Shown piece after piece: positions 39,795 to 52,882 of a stretch of DNA of 64,000 nucleotides (position 1 is its first letter; each line of letters opens with the position of its first letter). Where the stretch lies: assembly GCF_009914755.1 (NCBI RefSeq), contig NC_060926.1, one strand, 5' to 3'. The DNA comes from the human T2T-CHM13v2.0 reference genome, Homo sapiens. The notes beneath the pieces are model-generated. The model had not been told where the DNA came from, searched no databases, and worked only from the letters and a program-made list of their open reading frames with translations. The translations under genes were made by a program, and so were the position numbers.

Positions 39795-41871
39795 ACTGAT
39801 GAAAATTAGGTTATCTATCTCCCTTAACCAACTGGCTATGAGTACATCTTGTTCTTTTATGCATTCACCATTTTTTTGTATTGCTAATGAGCCACAATAA
39901 GCAATATTGAGTATTTCTTACTGAGTTGTATTGAGTCCTTCACCATGAGCCAGGCACTATATTATATGCTAAACAAGTTCATTTTCTTTGTGTATCACAA
40001 ACCTTTCTGATTATAAGCAGTACTTATTAAGTGTTATGTTATCAACGTATATTAAAATGACAAATTCTCTTGGTAATCATGATTCAGTAGATACAGGGTG
40101 GGGTTTTGTCCTCTGTTTTTAACAAGTGGCCCAAGGGATGCTTATGATCAAGTCATTGTCCTAGAAAGCTTCCCAGCTTGTCCGAAACCTCTTGACTGAA
40201 GTGCCCACAGACTCCTCCACCATCAGAAGGGTCCCCTTTCCCACTGTGTTGAGCCCTCCCATAAGCATCTCCATCCTTCCTGATTTTTTTTTGAACAGGC
40301 TTTTAGCTGCTGAAAAGCAAAATAATACCCTCAAAGGAAAGTTTTATTGGAGGGAAACTGTCTCAAACTGCAGACAGTATCTTTTTGCATTTTATTAAAC
40401 CTGCAGAGCTAGAGCCATGATTTAAAGCAATGGGTGGCCAAGTAACTTGAAGTCTATTTTAGTTACCATTTTTGTTACTGATGGTTCCACCTACTCAAAA
40501 GAAAAAATAGTGAATAGAAATATTAATATAGGAAGCCAAGGCAGTCTCATGGCTGCAAAGAAACATTGGTTCTGTGCCCTGACCTTCCTCTTTGTGGCTC
40601 AGATTTTCCACCTAGGGGAGGGTGATTTTTGCTCTCTCCTCATCATACAGAGCTGCTGAAGGGATCCTTAAGAGAAGGCTCTTCTAGACTTTGAGTTTCC
40701 TGACCAAAATTAAACCGTTGCAGTTGTAGTATCTTTCTCTTAAAGTGGGTTTCCTCATTCACCAGACATTACCATTAGAGCCTGGAGTGATGAGAAATGT
40801 CTAAATGTAGGTAAATAGACAAAGACTTCCAGAGTTTTCCCATGTATTGTCAATGGGGCAACAAGGCATTGCCCTGAAATCTCTGGGTGTGTGACATTAA
40901 GATTACAGCTTGTATGTAGAACATAAAAGGCCTCTTTATACTCTATGATTATGAATTATGATAATCTTTCTTAAAGCAAGTATGTATATATTGTTATTTA
41001 TTCTTTAAAACAACTTTTCAAAACATATATTCTCTATCTCAGCTTAAGTTGAATGTACTTCTTAGAATGAATTTATGTAGCAAGTCAACTCTGCTCTGTG
41101 CAGACAGGGTCAGTTGTCTTCTCTCTGAGCAGATTGTTGGGGGCCAATCCTAGCTAACTATGAAACTAAAGGATGGAACAGTTGACCCCTGGAAGTCCCT
41201 ATGCTCCAGTGATCTCTCTCCGTGTATCAAATGGTCTTGAAACTCTTAAAAAGATTGTTATTACCTCAAATAGAAAGGGTGATTGTATTTGATATATCCT
41301 GGGAACACTGCTCGTATGCACCATCTTAATAAAATGAAAGCCTATTAAATAAGACATCATTTAAGGAATAGAGGAGATGGATGGAATGCCACAGAAAAAT
41401 GTAATGAATATTCATTTATAGATTGAGAAGTGGAAACATATGGGAAGGCTTGTTTGGGGTTTTTATTTTTTGCAACAATATGGGGCTCTTAAATGACACT
41501 ACACATTTATAACAGCTACCTGTTGACCAAGAGCTGTAAAGGGACTCTCCAATTACAGAGGAGCAGAGCCCAGTGGATGCTGTTCCTCAAAATAGTCATC
41601 TCCCATTGAGATCTATTTAAGAATACCTTTCAAAGAGTATCTTTACAGTTTTATGCACCTAAAATACAGTAAAATCTCACATAAGGAGATATCAGAGTTG
41701 GGGGGCTTATTAGCTCATATACTGATACAAAAGTTTATTTCTTTTCAGTTCTCCAGATTAAGCCCCATTTTGTCCCTATATCATAATTCAGCTTTCATTT
41801 GAGTGAGAGTAAAAGGGGATCTAAGAATAAAGTAAAAATAAAAGAGACTCAGTAGCATCTTAGTTCTGAGA

Positions 41872-43029
41872 CCCAGAGACCATTTAGGAGGCTACTGTAA
41901 TGTCAGGCAGAATAACAAAGCAGAAGGTGGCTGGGGGTGACCCTGGAGTCACTGGATGGTGAAGAAGGGGTGGAGTTCTGATCACAGAACAACCAGAGAG
42001 AGACTCTCAGTGAGTCAATTAAATTTTGCCTAAACTTAGTTTTCCCCACTACAAAAAAAAAAAAAAAAATTCCTGTTGCATCACCTCAAAATAGGAGATC
42101 CATTGAAATGTGAAAATGATGAAATGTGGAAATAAATATGTACTTTGCAAATAATAACAATGGCTGTGTGGAGTTAGTGAGCCCAGGATTTTCTCTTCTC
42201 TTTTTTCCATAGAGTTTTTAGTGCCTTTAATTGCTTTTATTTAATAAAAGAAATGGTAATTTAAGAGGAGAGAGAGAGAAGCAGATGTGAGCTTTAAGGG
42301 ATGACTATAGAACCAGATCTATGATGTCTGAGCTAGACTCCTTAGCGGGTTTCGGAAAAATGTTCCAGCCCATTAATTCAAAGCCTGAGTGAGGAGGTGT
42401 GAGTGACTGGTCACACCAGGACACAGTGGTTCTCTGCAGTGGCCACTTCCGCTGACATTACATCCAACACCACCATCACTTCTGTGGCCCAGGTCTCCCA
42501 GGACACTCATTTGCAAGTTCACCATTGTTAAAAATCACTCTCCTGTCTTCTTGTCATTCTCCTTGTCTAGTGATCCCCAAGGTTTCTGGACTCAGAGCTT
42601 TGGTATGAAATTCAATCTTCACTTAGTTTACAATTTTTTTCTTCACCCAGTGACAGTGTGATGAGGTAATGTTTTCTAGCAGACCGGCTCAAGATTTGAA
42701 CCTTTAAAAGTGAAAAACATTGAGAGCTTAAAAGGCCAGTGTTCAATATTCCTTCAGTGATTTTAAGTGGACAGTAATGTCTTCCCAGATATTAATTCCA
42801 GAGTGACAGAACTATCATTGTCTCCATCTGCCCCCACAGCAAAGTTGTAGTTAGTCATTCTCTGTAACAGTAGTAATGAACTCTCTAGTTATAAACAAGC
42901 AACCCAAGAAAAATTTCATTTCCCCAGAGACCATTTAGGAGGCTACTGTAATATCAGGCAGAATAACAGCAGACCGGAAGGGGGCTGGGGGTGACCCTGG
43001 AGTCACTGGATGGTGAAGAAGGGGTGGAG
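41872..43029 (+). repeat. Dispersed ~105-bp direct repeat (copies at 41872-41975 and 42923-43029)
   Basis: Both copies read cccagagaccatttaggaggctactgtaatRtcaggcagaataaca...ggctgggggtgaccctggagtcactggatggtgaagaaggggtggag. Confidence 0.92.
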
Positions 43030-45508
43030 AGCGAAAAGATGCTGGAGGAGGAGGCATCCTTATCCAGGTTGCCTCAGACTCCTGCAGAAGGGACCCAGCC
43101 CCAGCCCTTGCATATCAAGAAGAGAAACTCAGAGGACTCTTCTCATTCACAAGGAAATGTTCTGAAGCTGTGAGACTCTGACATTTGTGGTGTATAAACC
43201 ACTTTCGCATGGCCCAGAACCTTCTGTGAGGTTCCATTCTGCATAAATTACAGTTTTGTAATCACTTTTTCTAACTGATGCTTTTTGTGCTCTTTAATGT
43301 GCATTCAGATATGAGGGGAGGTGGCATCCTTTTATTTATTTAAAGAATGCACGTCTTTATGATTTGCCTTCAGAAAGAGGCTCTTTACTATCAGCATGTC
43401 CCACCTTTTGGGGACCCTGAGGTCCAGTGTGGAGAAGCAAGGAGCTGGCTCTCCTCCAGCCTGGAGTAGCTGTGATCAGCCTCAAGTCACCTCTACTCAG
43501 AAGGTCCCCAGAGGCCTGTGCAGGCTGGCAGATGGCCCAGGACTTGAGATCACTTCAAGTGTGCATGGATAGGGAGGAAAGCTATACAGACTCATGTGAC
43601 CTATAACTTGGACATTAACAGACCAAAGGAAATGCCATGCCTTACTCAGAGCCAATTTCTCTTTAGAAGAGAATTCTAAATTCTAAATTCTCTAATTCCT
43701 GTGTCACTCTCCAAGTCCCCTGCAGTCTTCCTCCCATTGTCTTTTCTCTTTTGTTTGGTAACTTTTCTTTCCTACGAATTTACCAGCCTGAAGAGATGAA
43801 AGTCCTGAGTTTTCCTACTTCCTTATTACACAAATGGAGGAATAAGGAAAGCTGTTGTTGGAAGGATAGCACTCAGTAGATGAGCAAAGCAACTCAAGAT
43901 TGTCTCCTTTAGCTCCAGTAAGTTTGATCCAAACTGGGAGGTCACCGATGAAGCTTAGATCAAACAAGGGCCAACATCATTGTCATCAACACCATCACTG
44001 TCATCATCATAATGACAAAAATGACCCAAAAATGTTCTAATTTTTGAGGAGGTTTGCTTAAAGTGAAGAAGGTTTTAATATCTTCATTGTGTGCTAGATT
44101 CTTTAAATCAGAATAATCAAACTGAGGTGTTAAGAGAAAGAATATCAGAAAATCAGGCAAGACCTTGCTTAAGGAAATATGAATTGCCTAAAGGAGGAAA
44201 CGGCTAAAAATTACAGATGATTTGCTTGATCTCGAATGTAGGTGTATACCCAATTTCAGTTAACCTTTGGGTATGTGATAAGCAAAAACCACACCTCCAC
44301 CCTTCCCTTAGAGTTTTCAACTCTGGCATATAAACTGTGTTCTCATCTCCACCCGGTCCTGCCAATGACAAGTTGAATGCTGTCTACTATAACTGCATGG
44401 CCAGGGCCCCTGAGTAGCATTTAAGGTAATAGAAAAAGCCAGCTAGTGTGCCAATAGCCTTTGAGAGATGACCTGTACTGATACAGATTCCAGTTTATCT
44501 TTGGCATAAGCCAGCCAAAAACACAAATAGGATCTCCTCAGAAGCACTTTCAAGGCTTACAGACTGGGAATTTTCCTTTTGATACCATCCTCATCAATCG
44601 TCAGATTGTGTATGATCATTATTTCAGAGACTCAAACCAGAAGTAATGTTCATGTAACTACCAACCTTCTGAAACAGAAGGTTGAGATCACTGTTGGTTT
44701 TTGTTGACAGAAGATTGTGGCAACACACTTTGAAAGTAGGCGAAAGGTAATCCAGAAGGTAATCAGCCGTAAAATTGTTCTGTTTATGGGAAGAATGAAG
44801 TACCATGTCCTGCTGCTGCTCTTCACTTTAGTTTTATCACCCTTTTTCCTCCCTATTCCCTTTCCCTGCCCTCAAATCTCTACCTCCCTGCAAGTGCCCT
44901 ACTTCCAAGTTTCAGAACTTGGGCTTGCATTCCATTCCATCCCTAGGGAGAGAGCCTGCAGGGCCCCACCGTTGCTCAGGCCCTCTCTTGACCAGAGCAT
45001 AAAGGATTGGCAGACACTCTGGCAGGATCCTGCACAGCAGTCTTCAGATACAGCTGCTCTTCCATCCCCAAACATGAAAATCTGTGGCTCCTGGCAGCTT
45101 GGAAAATGTCATTTTCCCATGAAAATGACGTAAGAGGCAGAAGAGTCTCAACTCCACTCTCTGTTACAAAAGTATTCCTCCTAAAATATTAATATTTGCG
45201 CTTAGTCCATATTATACCATGTGACTAACATATGAAAAGAAATCTTCTTGGAGATTAAACAAGTCTCTCTTGGGCTCATTGCACAGTTTGGGGAGGTAAG
45301 CTCCAGGTCAGAAGCTGCCTGGAGACATCTAGAGTGTCACCCTCCCTCCGTTTTCTGTGGTGTTCCCAGCCTATGTGAATGAGCTCATGTGCTGACCTCC
45401 TGGCCAGCCCCTCTCTTCCCTTCTCTGTAGTGCTCTGCACACTTTGGTCCTTTTGCCTCCCCCCATTCCCTCAAAATTTGACATTCCTATGTCCCTTTAT
45501 CCCGATCA

Positions 45509-45847
<339 letters not shown>

Positions 45848-47889
45848 TTATTTTTTATTTTATTAAATAATTTAAAAATACATATATCAGACCAATTGGT
45901 AGTCTGGACATGTCCGGGGTGCAGAGAGTAGGAAGAAGACACCTCAAGGCAGGGAAATTTTGGTGTTCTGCTCAGCTCGCTACCAGAGGCACTCATTAAC
46001 CTCATGGGTAGGGGAGAAGCAAGGGAGATGGGATGCAGGAGAGAGGCGAGCTGAGAAAAAGCAACAGGTTTAGAGAAACTGATGATGCAAACCCCCAAAC
46101 TCCCTCTCCAGCTTCACAATGTAGTTCTTTAGCCTCTTCAGGGAGCTTATGGATTGAACACTAGCAAATGTTGGGTGCTATTCCAGAGCTTCTTTTAGGC
46201 CAAAACCAAATAATATGACAAAGTCCCTGCCTTCAAAGAAAGAAGGCTGAAAGGCAAGAAAGGACCAGGTGGGAATTGTGATGGCCGGAAAGAGGACAAG
46301 GAGTATTGCTGTTACTATTGGGCTTTTTGCTTATTCATAATTTCAACCACTGCATAGCTAAGACTCCCAGAAAATCAGAGTGAGCTGTTCAGAACTGCAG
46401 TGTGTCCCCACACTGCCTCTCCATTGCATTCCTCTGCCTCAGTCCCAGCCACATCTCTCAGCCTCAAGAATCCTGTTCCTCAATGAGGGGGTTGGTAGCC
46501 ATAGCTCGGGGGAGTGGGCCAAACCACGAGCACCCCCACTCATTGCAGGGTCTTTGGAGACTGAACAGAGATTGTTCTTACTAAGCATGAGGTCACCTTT
46601 CTTTTCCTGGACTGTCTGGATTCACAGAGTTTCTTTGGGTTCTCTGGCTGAATTCACTCCAGGGCTGATCTCTGTGAGCAGCCCCTGGGATCTAGCTCAG
46701 AGAGACTCCTCCAGGGCCCAGTCCTCATCCCCTGTGGAATGGGACCTAGTGAAAGACCAGTCAATTGGGGAAGGATGTGGAGCAGGTCATGAGGCCGGAG
46801 GAAGGCAAAGGTCAAGCTAGTTCCAAAGGCCTCATCAAGCGGTAGGAAATGGGAGAGCCTAGGAGCCAAAATGGTGGTTGAGAAGTAAGAAATGCTGCAA
46901 GCCAGGAGCAGCAACAAAAGCAGTGAGAGGAGGCTGAGAAGAATTCGGGAGTCAGAGGCCCATCCAGGTACTTGGGGTGACCTTGTTATCCTGGTAAGGG
47001 TTTGTGCAACTAGGAGGAACCATTGAAATAGAAGAAATGAAGTAGAGGTCATACCGTTTGTCATCTCTCCAAGTGGAGCTTTCTGCTGAGTCCACTTTTA
47101 ATGAACAAATAAAATTCGTTGGTAATTAGCGACATTCTTTATTTATAATCCAGGTGCTGAAATCCCCCCAAAGCTTTACCCTGCCTCTTTCCAAAAGATT
47201 TAACATATATATTTTTTTTCCTCTTAAAGATTCCTCTTACAGTCTCAATATGAGTCCAACAACCATTTCTTCCCAGATCATACAGAACACGAGCTCAGCC
47301 CAGCCTGGGGAGAAGTATCACAGACATTTAATTAGTGCAGGCTGGATTCGTGAAGCATTTCGTGCACCATGAAAATGGGGCATTTTGATACTGGCTCATG
47401 GTCTTATTTCAGATCCAACTTCTACATGGTCTTGCAATTAGGAAGAGTACTGGGGCCCAGTGGAAGCCTGAAAACAGTTTTGAGGTTGGATAACTTCATG
47501 CTTTTTTTTACTCCTAAATGAATCCCAGATTTTGAGTGCTGTAAATTTTCTGTTTTTCTGTCTGACATCAGCCAGAATACTTCAGGGTTTTGACTACTGT
47601 CTTCCTTTAGTTTTATCTGAGAGGCACTCTGGCAGGATCATGGCAGCCCTTACCTAAAAAGCAGATAAGTCCAGGAAACAGTCCAGAGGCTTCTGGGAGC
47701 CAGCTGGGCAGGTCTCACCTCTTCAAAGGTGGGCATCCAACTCCATGGTCAAAAAGTAAGAGGCTGCCCAAAGCCCAGCCTAATCCCAGAAGATCACCAC
47801 AAGAGCCTACCACAGCACCCCAAATGCCCAGCACTGGGGCCGCTCCTTTAGAATAAAATACTGTCATCAGAAGGTTCCTTTCTTGAATT

Positions 47890-48420
47890 ATATTATTTAG
47901 GTTAGAAGTTCAGCTGACCTACCAAAAGCCCAAAATAATACAAGCTTCAACTATCGAACTTTTTTTTCCCCTCTCACATATAACTCTCCGGGAATAAACT
48001 GTCCAGGATCAACATGGCAGCTCCATGCTGTCAGGTGCCCAGGCTCCTTCCATCTTGTTTCTCCACCACCCCAAGAGTGTGGTTCTTGTCAGCATAGTCC
48101 AAGAATGAAAAGGGTTAGGGTGTGCCCTTTAAGGCACAGCTTAGAATTTGGACATATAATTTCTGCTCACATTCAGCTGGCCAGAGCATAGATTACATGG
48201 CCACACCTTGATGCAAAGGAAGCCACACCCACCTGCAATCCTTGCACCACACTAGGTCAAGCTCAGCATCATTTACTGCCTCTTGAAGCAGCTTTTGCAA
48301 GGAAGGCTGGGAAATGTAGTCATTGCTGGCTGGTCATGTGGCCAGTGAAACTCAGGGGTTCTACTACTAAAGGAAGAAAGTGAAAATGCATATGAGAGAC
48401 AGTTATCAATCTCTGTCACA
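47890..48420 (-). mobile_element. MLT1 (J/K-like) MaLR LTR
   Basis: ggctccttccatcttg...acatggccacacc...ggctgggaaatgtagtc...tctactactaaagga...tctctgtcaca. Confidence 0.7.
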
Positions 48421-48809
48421 GTATATTTTTGTGTCTATGGAAAGATAGAGCCTATTAAGAAATAAACCACTATAGTGGACCCAGCTTGTGGATCTGATTA
48501 GAGGTTTGTCCCTTAGAAAGCACAGAGGATTATAAGGGGAGAGGCACATAGGACAAGTAAATTATGATTGGAAAAAGGGATAGGGATACACAAGGCACTT
48601 CTCCAGGAAGGGTTGCTGCAGGGCACTGAAATCCTAAAGAAGGAAGAAATAGAGACATGGAAAGCTGGAACAGAACAACGGAGGCTGGGTAAGTGTTGGG
48701 ACCCGTGGAAACTTCTCAAATGGGTAATATTACTGGTGGCCAACTCTTTTCATGGCTATGCTTCTTGATTCATTCTGCCCTAGATTCATTCCAATCTAAA
48801 AGCACATGT

Positions 48810-49035
48810 TGCTCAAAAGAAAGAGCATAGAGTCTAAACAGACCTCGATTTATATCTTCACTCGGTCACTTACTTACAGAGATAGCCTGGGAAAATTACG
48901 CAGCCCCTGAGCCATTTCTACATTTTTGAATCAGGATAATGGGGATATTAACCAATGGTGCTTTTAGGAGAACAAAATGAGTTGATGAATATAAAGCAGC
49001 TAGTACCAAGCCTGGCATAGGGTAAGCACTCAGTG
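48810..49035 (+). mobile_element. MIR SINE
   Basis: cagacctcgatt...tcacttactta...aaaatgagttgatgaatataaagc...gcctggcatagggtaagcactca. Confidence 0.65.
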
Positions 49036-49207
49036 AGTGGCATTTGGGATTAGTATGAAACTTTTCACTCCATAACAAACAACTTGTCCCTCAAATGAAT
49101 ACATATGAGTAGGGGGCTTGGCCAGTGTGACAATGTTGTGGGATAGGAAAAAGGTGCATGTGTGAAGTGCTGAGAACCTAGCAGACACCTACCCATTTAG
49201 GATGCTT

Positions 49208-49580
49208 CTCTTAGTGTGCTCAGGCTGCCATAACAAAATACTATGGACTGTGGGCCTTAAACAACAGAAATTTATTTTCTCACAGTACTGGAGACTGGAG
49301 GTCTGAGATCAGGGTGCCAGTGTGATCAGGTTCTGGTGAGGCCCCTCTTCCAGGCTGTGTGCTCACATAGCCATTTCTTGGTGCATGTGTGAGTAGAATG
49401 AAAACAAGCCCTGTGGGAACTCTTCTTCTAAGGGGACCAACCCCATCATGAGGGAGGCACCCTCATGACCTCATCCAACCCTAAGTTCCTCCCAAAGACC
49501 CCACCCTCAAATACTATCCCACTGGAGGCTGAGGCTTCAACACATGGATTTGGGGAGACACACACATTCGGTCCATAACA
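49208..49580 (-). mobile_element. MLT1A/B-like MaLR solo LTR
   Basis: ttagtgtgctcaggctgccataacaaaatac...ttaaacaacagaaatttattttctcacagt...cattcggtccataaca. Confidence 0.88.
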
Positions 49581-51170
49581 GTGCCACTCACTGGCAACAA
49601 TACAGGAAGCACAGAAGCAAACTTGTTCTTTTTTAAAAAAATTAATATTCCATTTTGGGGAAAAGGTGTTGACAGCTACTGGCATAGGAAAAGAACTCAT
49701 CCTGAAGATGGCATTCCTCGATTGGTGCAAAAGAAGAAAACAAACCTTCATCCATGAGCTTGTATATATGGAGCGGGATGATATCAGCGCTGTGCACCAG
49801 ATGAATCAGTAATTTTTACATTTTCACATCCAAGCTAAATAGTGCTCTTGACCAAAAAATCTTAGTCGGTTTATCTTCTGGCACCAATATTTAAAGCAAA
49901 TACCTCAACATAAATAAAATAATAAATTGAAAGACTATACTAATTGTCGTTCTAAGTAGTTAGAGTCATTTAACTGGGGACAGGAAAAATATCCTCAAGA
50001 TTCTTAACAGGTGAGACAGAAAGGGCAAGAAGGAAGACTCTAAATAATATTAGTTCATCCTGGGTCAGACTTTCACTCACTCAGCATGACCATGCCATGG
50101 TGGTTTTTTTTTTTTTTTTAATCTTAGAAAAGTGCATTAAATCTAAAGTATTAGTGAGACCCATCCAAAATGTTGATTAAAACCAGGCTCTTTGGAGAAG
50201 TAATTGCTACACTGCTTGGCAGGACCCAGGAGTGTACATTGGACTTGATGCCATTGATGAAGAGATGATGGTCAGTACCAATGGCTGGTTTTAAGAAGAG
50301 CAAAGTTAAGAAACAATATTTAGGATGTGCCACACTGGGTCACCACTCAGCATGATTTGCTTCCTCTTAATGTTTTCAACTTTCTCTACCACCTCTAAAG
50401 TATACTACCCAGGGTATCTCTGCATAATTCTTTGTCTTGCCCCTTTGAAAGGTTTGAATTCTCAGAGCCAGTCCCTGTTTAGTGACAGCACTTTGGCCAC
50501 CTGATCACTTTTCCTAAATCTCCTTTCTCCAACCCTATTTTGTCTTTATTTTTTGAAATTTGTCAGAACTAAACAGGTGCAAACAAAACATGCCATGATT
50601 TTATATAGTGCTATGAGATTTAAAGAAGGGATTTAAGCATCAGACAAGGAGGTTTTATTTCCTTATGTCATCTAGTATATTTTTGCCTTTTTTAGCTACA
50701 ATGGTTTATCGACCTTCCTCAGGGGCCATCAGAGTGAGTCCTTTACCACTTGGCCTTACAGTTTCATTCATTTGTATGGCAAGTAGTTGTAACTTTACGC
50801 GTAGGGTAGACATGGAGAGTTAGCATTTCATATAGCCTTAGGACAGAGTTTGTTCATCCCTATTTTGATGGCACGGCTACTTTATCTTACTGTGTTTCCT
50901 CTGTGTCCAAGTATTTATTAATATTTTTTAAGATTTTCAAGTCAAAATGGCAATTTGAGTATATGTATGTAGCCTGACTTCAGAATCGGGAGAGACTTTT
51001 CAACCTTGAGCTACCCACTGGCAGCGTGAGAGAAGGTGATAGGATGTCATAGGCTCAGCTTACACAAGTAAGCATGCACAAGTGTGTAAATAGGCAAAAA
51101 CCCCTTTCCAGATTGCAACATTTTTCCCAGTCCTGAGTTCAGCCCTTTCTCACCAACATAACAATCTATA

Positions 51171-51572
51171 TTTCTTTTAACTTTTATTTTAGGTTTGGGG
51201 GTACATGTGAAGGTTTGTTACATAGGTAAACATGTGTCATGGGGGCTTGTTGTACAGATTATTTCATCACCCAGGTATTAAGCCCAGTACCCAATAGTTA
51301 TCTCTTTTGCTCCTCTCCCTCCTCCTACCTTCCCCACTCACGTAGACTCCAGTGTCTGTTGTTTCTGTCTTTGTGTTCATAAGTTCTTATTATTTAGCTC
51401 CCACTTGTAAGTGAGAACATGCAGTATTTGGTTTTCTGTTCCTGCTTTAGTTTGCTAAGGATAATGGCCTCCAGCTCCATCCATGTTCCTGCAAAAGACA
51501 TGATCTCATTCTTTTTTATGGCTGCATAGTATTCCATGGTGTATATGTACCACATTTTCTTTATCTAATCTA
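51171..51572 (-). mobile_element. 5'-truncated primate L1 (older L1PA) 3' end
   Basis: ttttattttaggtttgggggtacatgtgaaggtttgttacatagg...agctcccacttgtaagtgagaacatgcagtatttgg...ggctgcatagtattccatgg. Confidence 0.9.
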
Positions 51573-51884
51573 TAACCTACATTTCAAAATGAACACTGCA
51601 GGATAATATCCAGAGGACAGAAAAGGAAATGTGTGATGGTTACCTTTGGGGTTATATCTTTCTGTCATCCAGTTATCCCATCTTTCTCCTGGGGACCTTG
51701 GGTTCCAGTGGCATAAAGTCCTAGTCCATCAGGCAATGACTAAAGCACAGATCGGGATCCTTCGCAGCAACTTTAGGAAGGGTGCCAAGTTCAGAGTCCA
51801 GAAAAAAAAAGGGAAACCTACAACTCATACTCAGCTTCCACACACCATGAATGACCCCACTAGGCAAAGAGATGAGTTGCTTCT

Positions 51885-52360
51885 TGTTTCAGTATTATTC
51901 CATAACAAACCATCCAAAAACCTAATGACTTAAACTATAATTTGCTATTTTTCCTCACATTTTTTGGGTCGATTGGGCTCAGTTGGATAGTTCTCATTTA
52001 GAGTCTCTCATGAAGCTGCAGTCAGATGGCGGCTGGGGCTGGAATCACTGGAAGGTTGATTGGACATCCCAGAGGGCTTCTTCACTCCTTTGACCGCCTT
52101 CATTGTACCTCAACAGGCCTCCCTGCAGTAGGCCAGCCAGGATTTCTTACATGGAGGCTCAGGGCACCAAAAACAGGAAGCAGAAACTGTCAGGCCTCAG
52201 AGGCAGGCTCAAAGCTAGCACATCACTTTCATTATATTCAAAACAATCACAGCCAACCGAGATTCAAGGGAGTAGAGGCATAGACCCCTCCTCGCCACAG
52301 CACATGTGTACTACAGGGGGAAAAGATGGCAGCCACCTTTGCAGATAAGCTACCACCACC
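51885..52360 (-). mobile_element. MLT1 (F/H-like) MaLR LTR
   Basis: cataacaaaccatccaaaa...gggctcagttggatagttctc...gctgcagtcagatggcggctggggctgga...agctaccaccacc. Confidence 0.7.
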
Positions 52361-52822
52361 ACAAACAGGAAGCAAGAATTATTTGGGATGGAAGATTTTC
52401 CTTCTGCCCAGAGAGCCCTGAAAGAGCACCCTCTGTGCTACTCTTGGGTGGCCCAGTGATTAAAGAGCAAAGTTTGTGCAAATATAATTGTGTAAAACGT
52501 TGGAGAAAAGTAACTTAATAAACTCACAACCACCCTTGGACTTCAATAAAGCAAGCAGATGAAAAAGTAAATAAAAGATATAGAGGCTTTAATTAAATCG
52601 AATCAAAAAATGATTAATGGATATTTAACAGCACCCTTCAAATAAATAATTCATATTATTTTCTTAACTTGTAAAAATCAACTATAACTTAGGCCACAAA
52701 GAAAACCTGAAAAAAGAGAGAACATATAATTTTTAGAGTCCACATATACCACCAAAAATAAAAATAAAAATCTACAATTTAGCAATAAGGGATTAAACTC
52801 TTGCTTCAAAAAAGCACTTAGA

Positions 52823-52882
52823 CACCACTGCACTCCAGCCTAGGCGACAGACCGAGAGCTTGTCTCCAAAAAAAAAAAAAAA
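52823..52882 (+). mobile_element. Severely 5'-truncated Alu (3' ~60 bp only)
   Basis: caccactgcactccagcctaggcgacagaccgagagcttgtctc plus A tail; TSD aaaaaagcactt. Confidence 0.85.
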
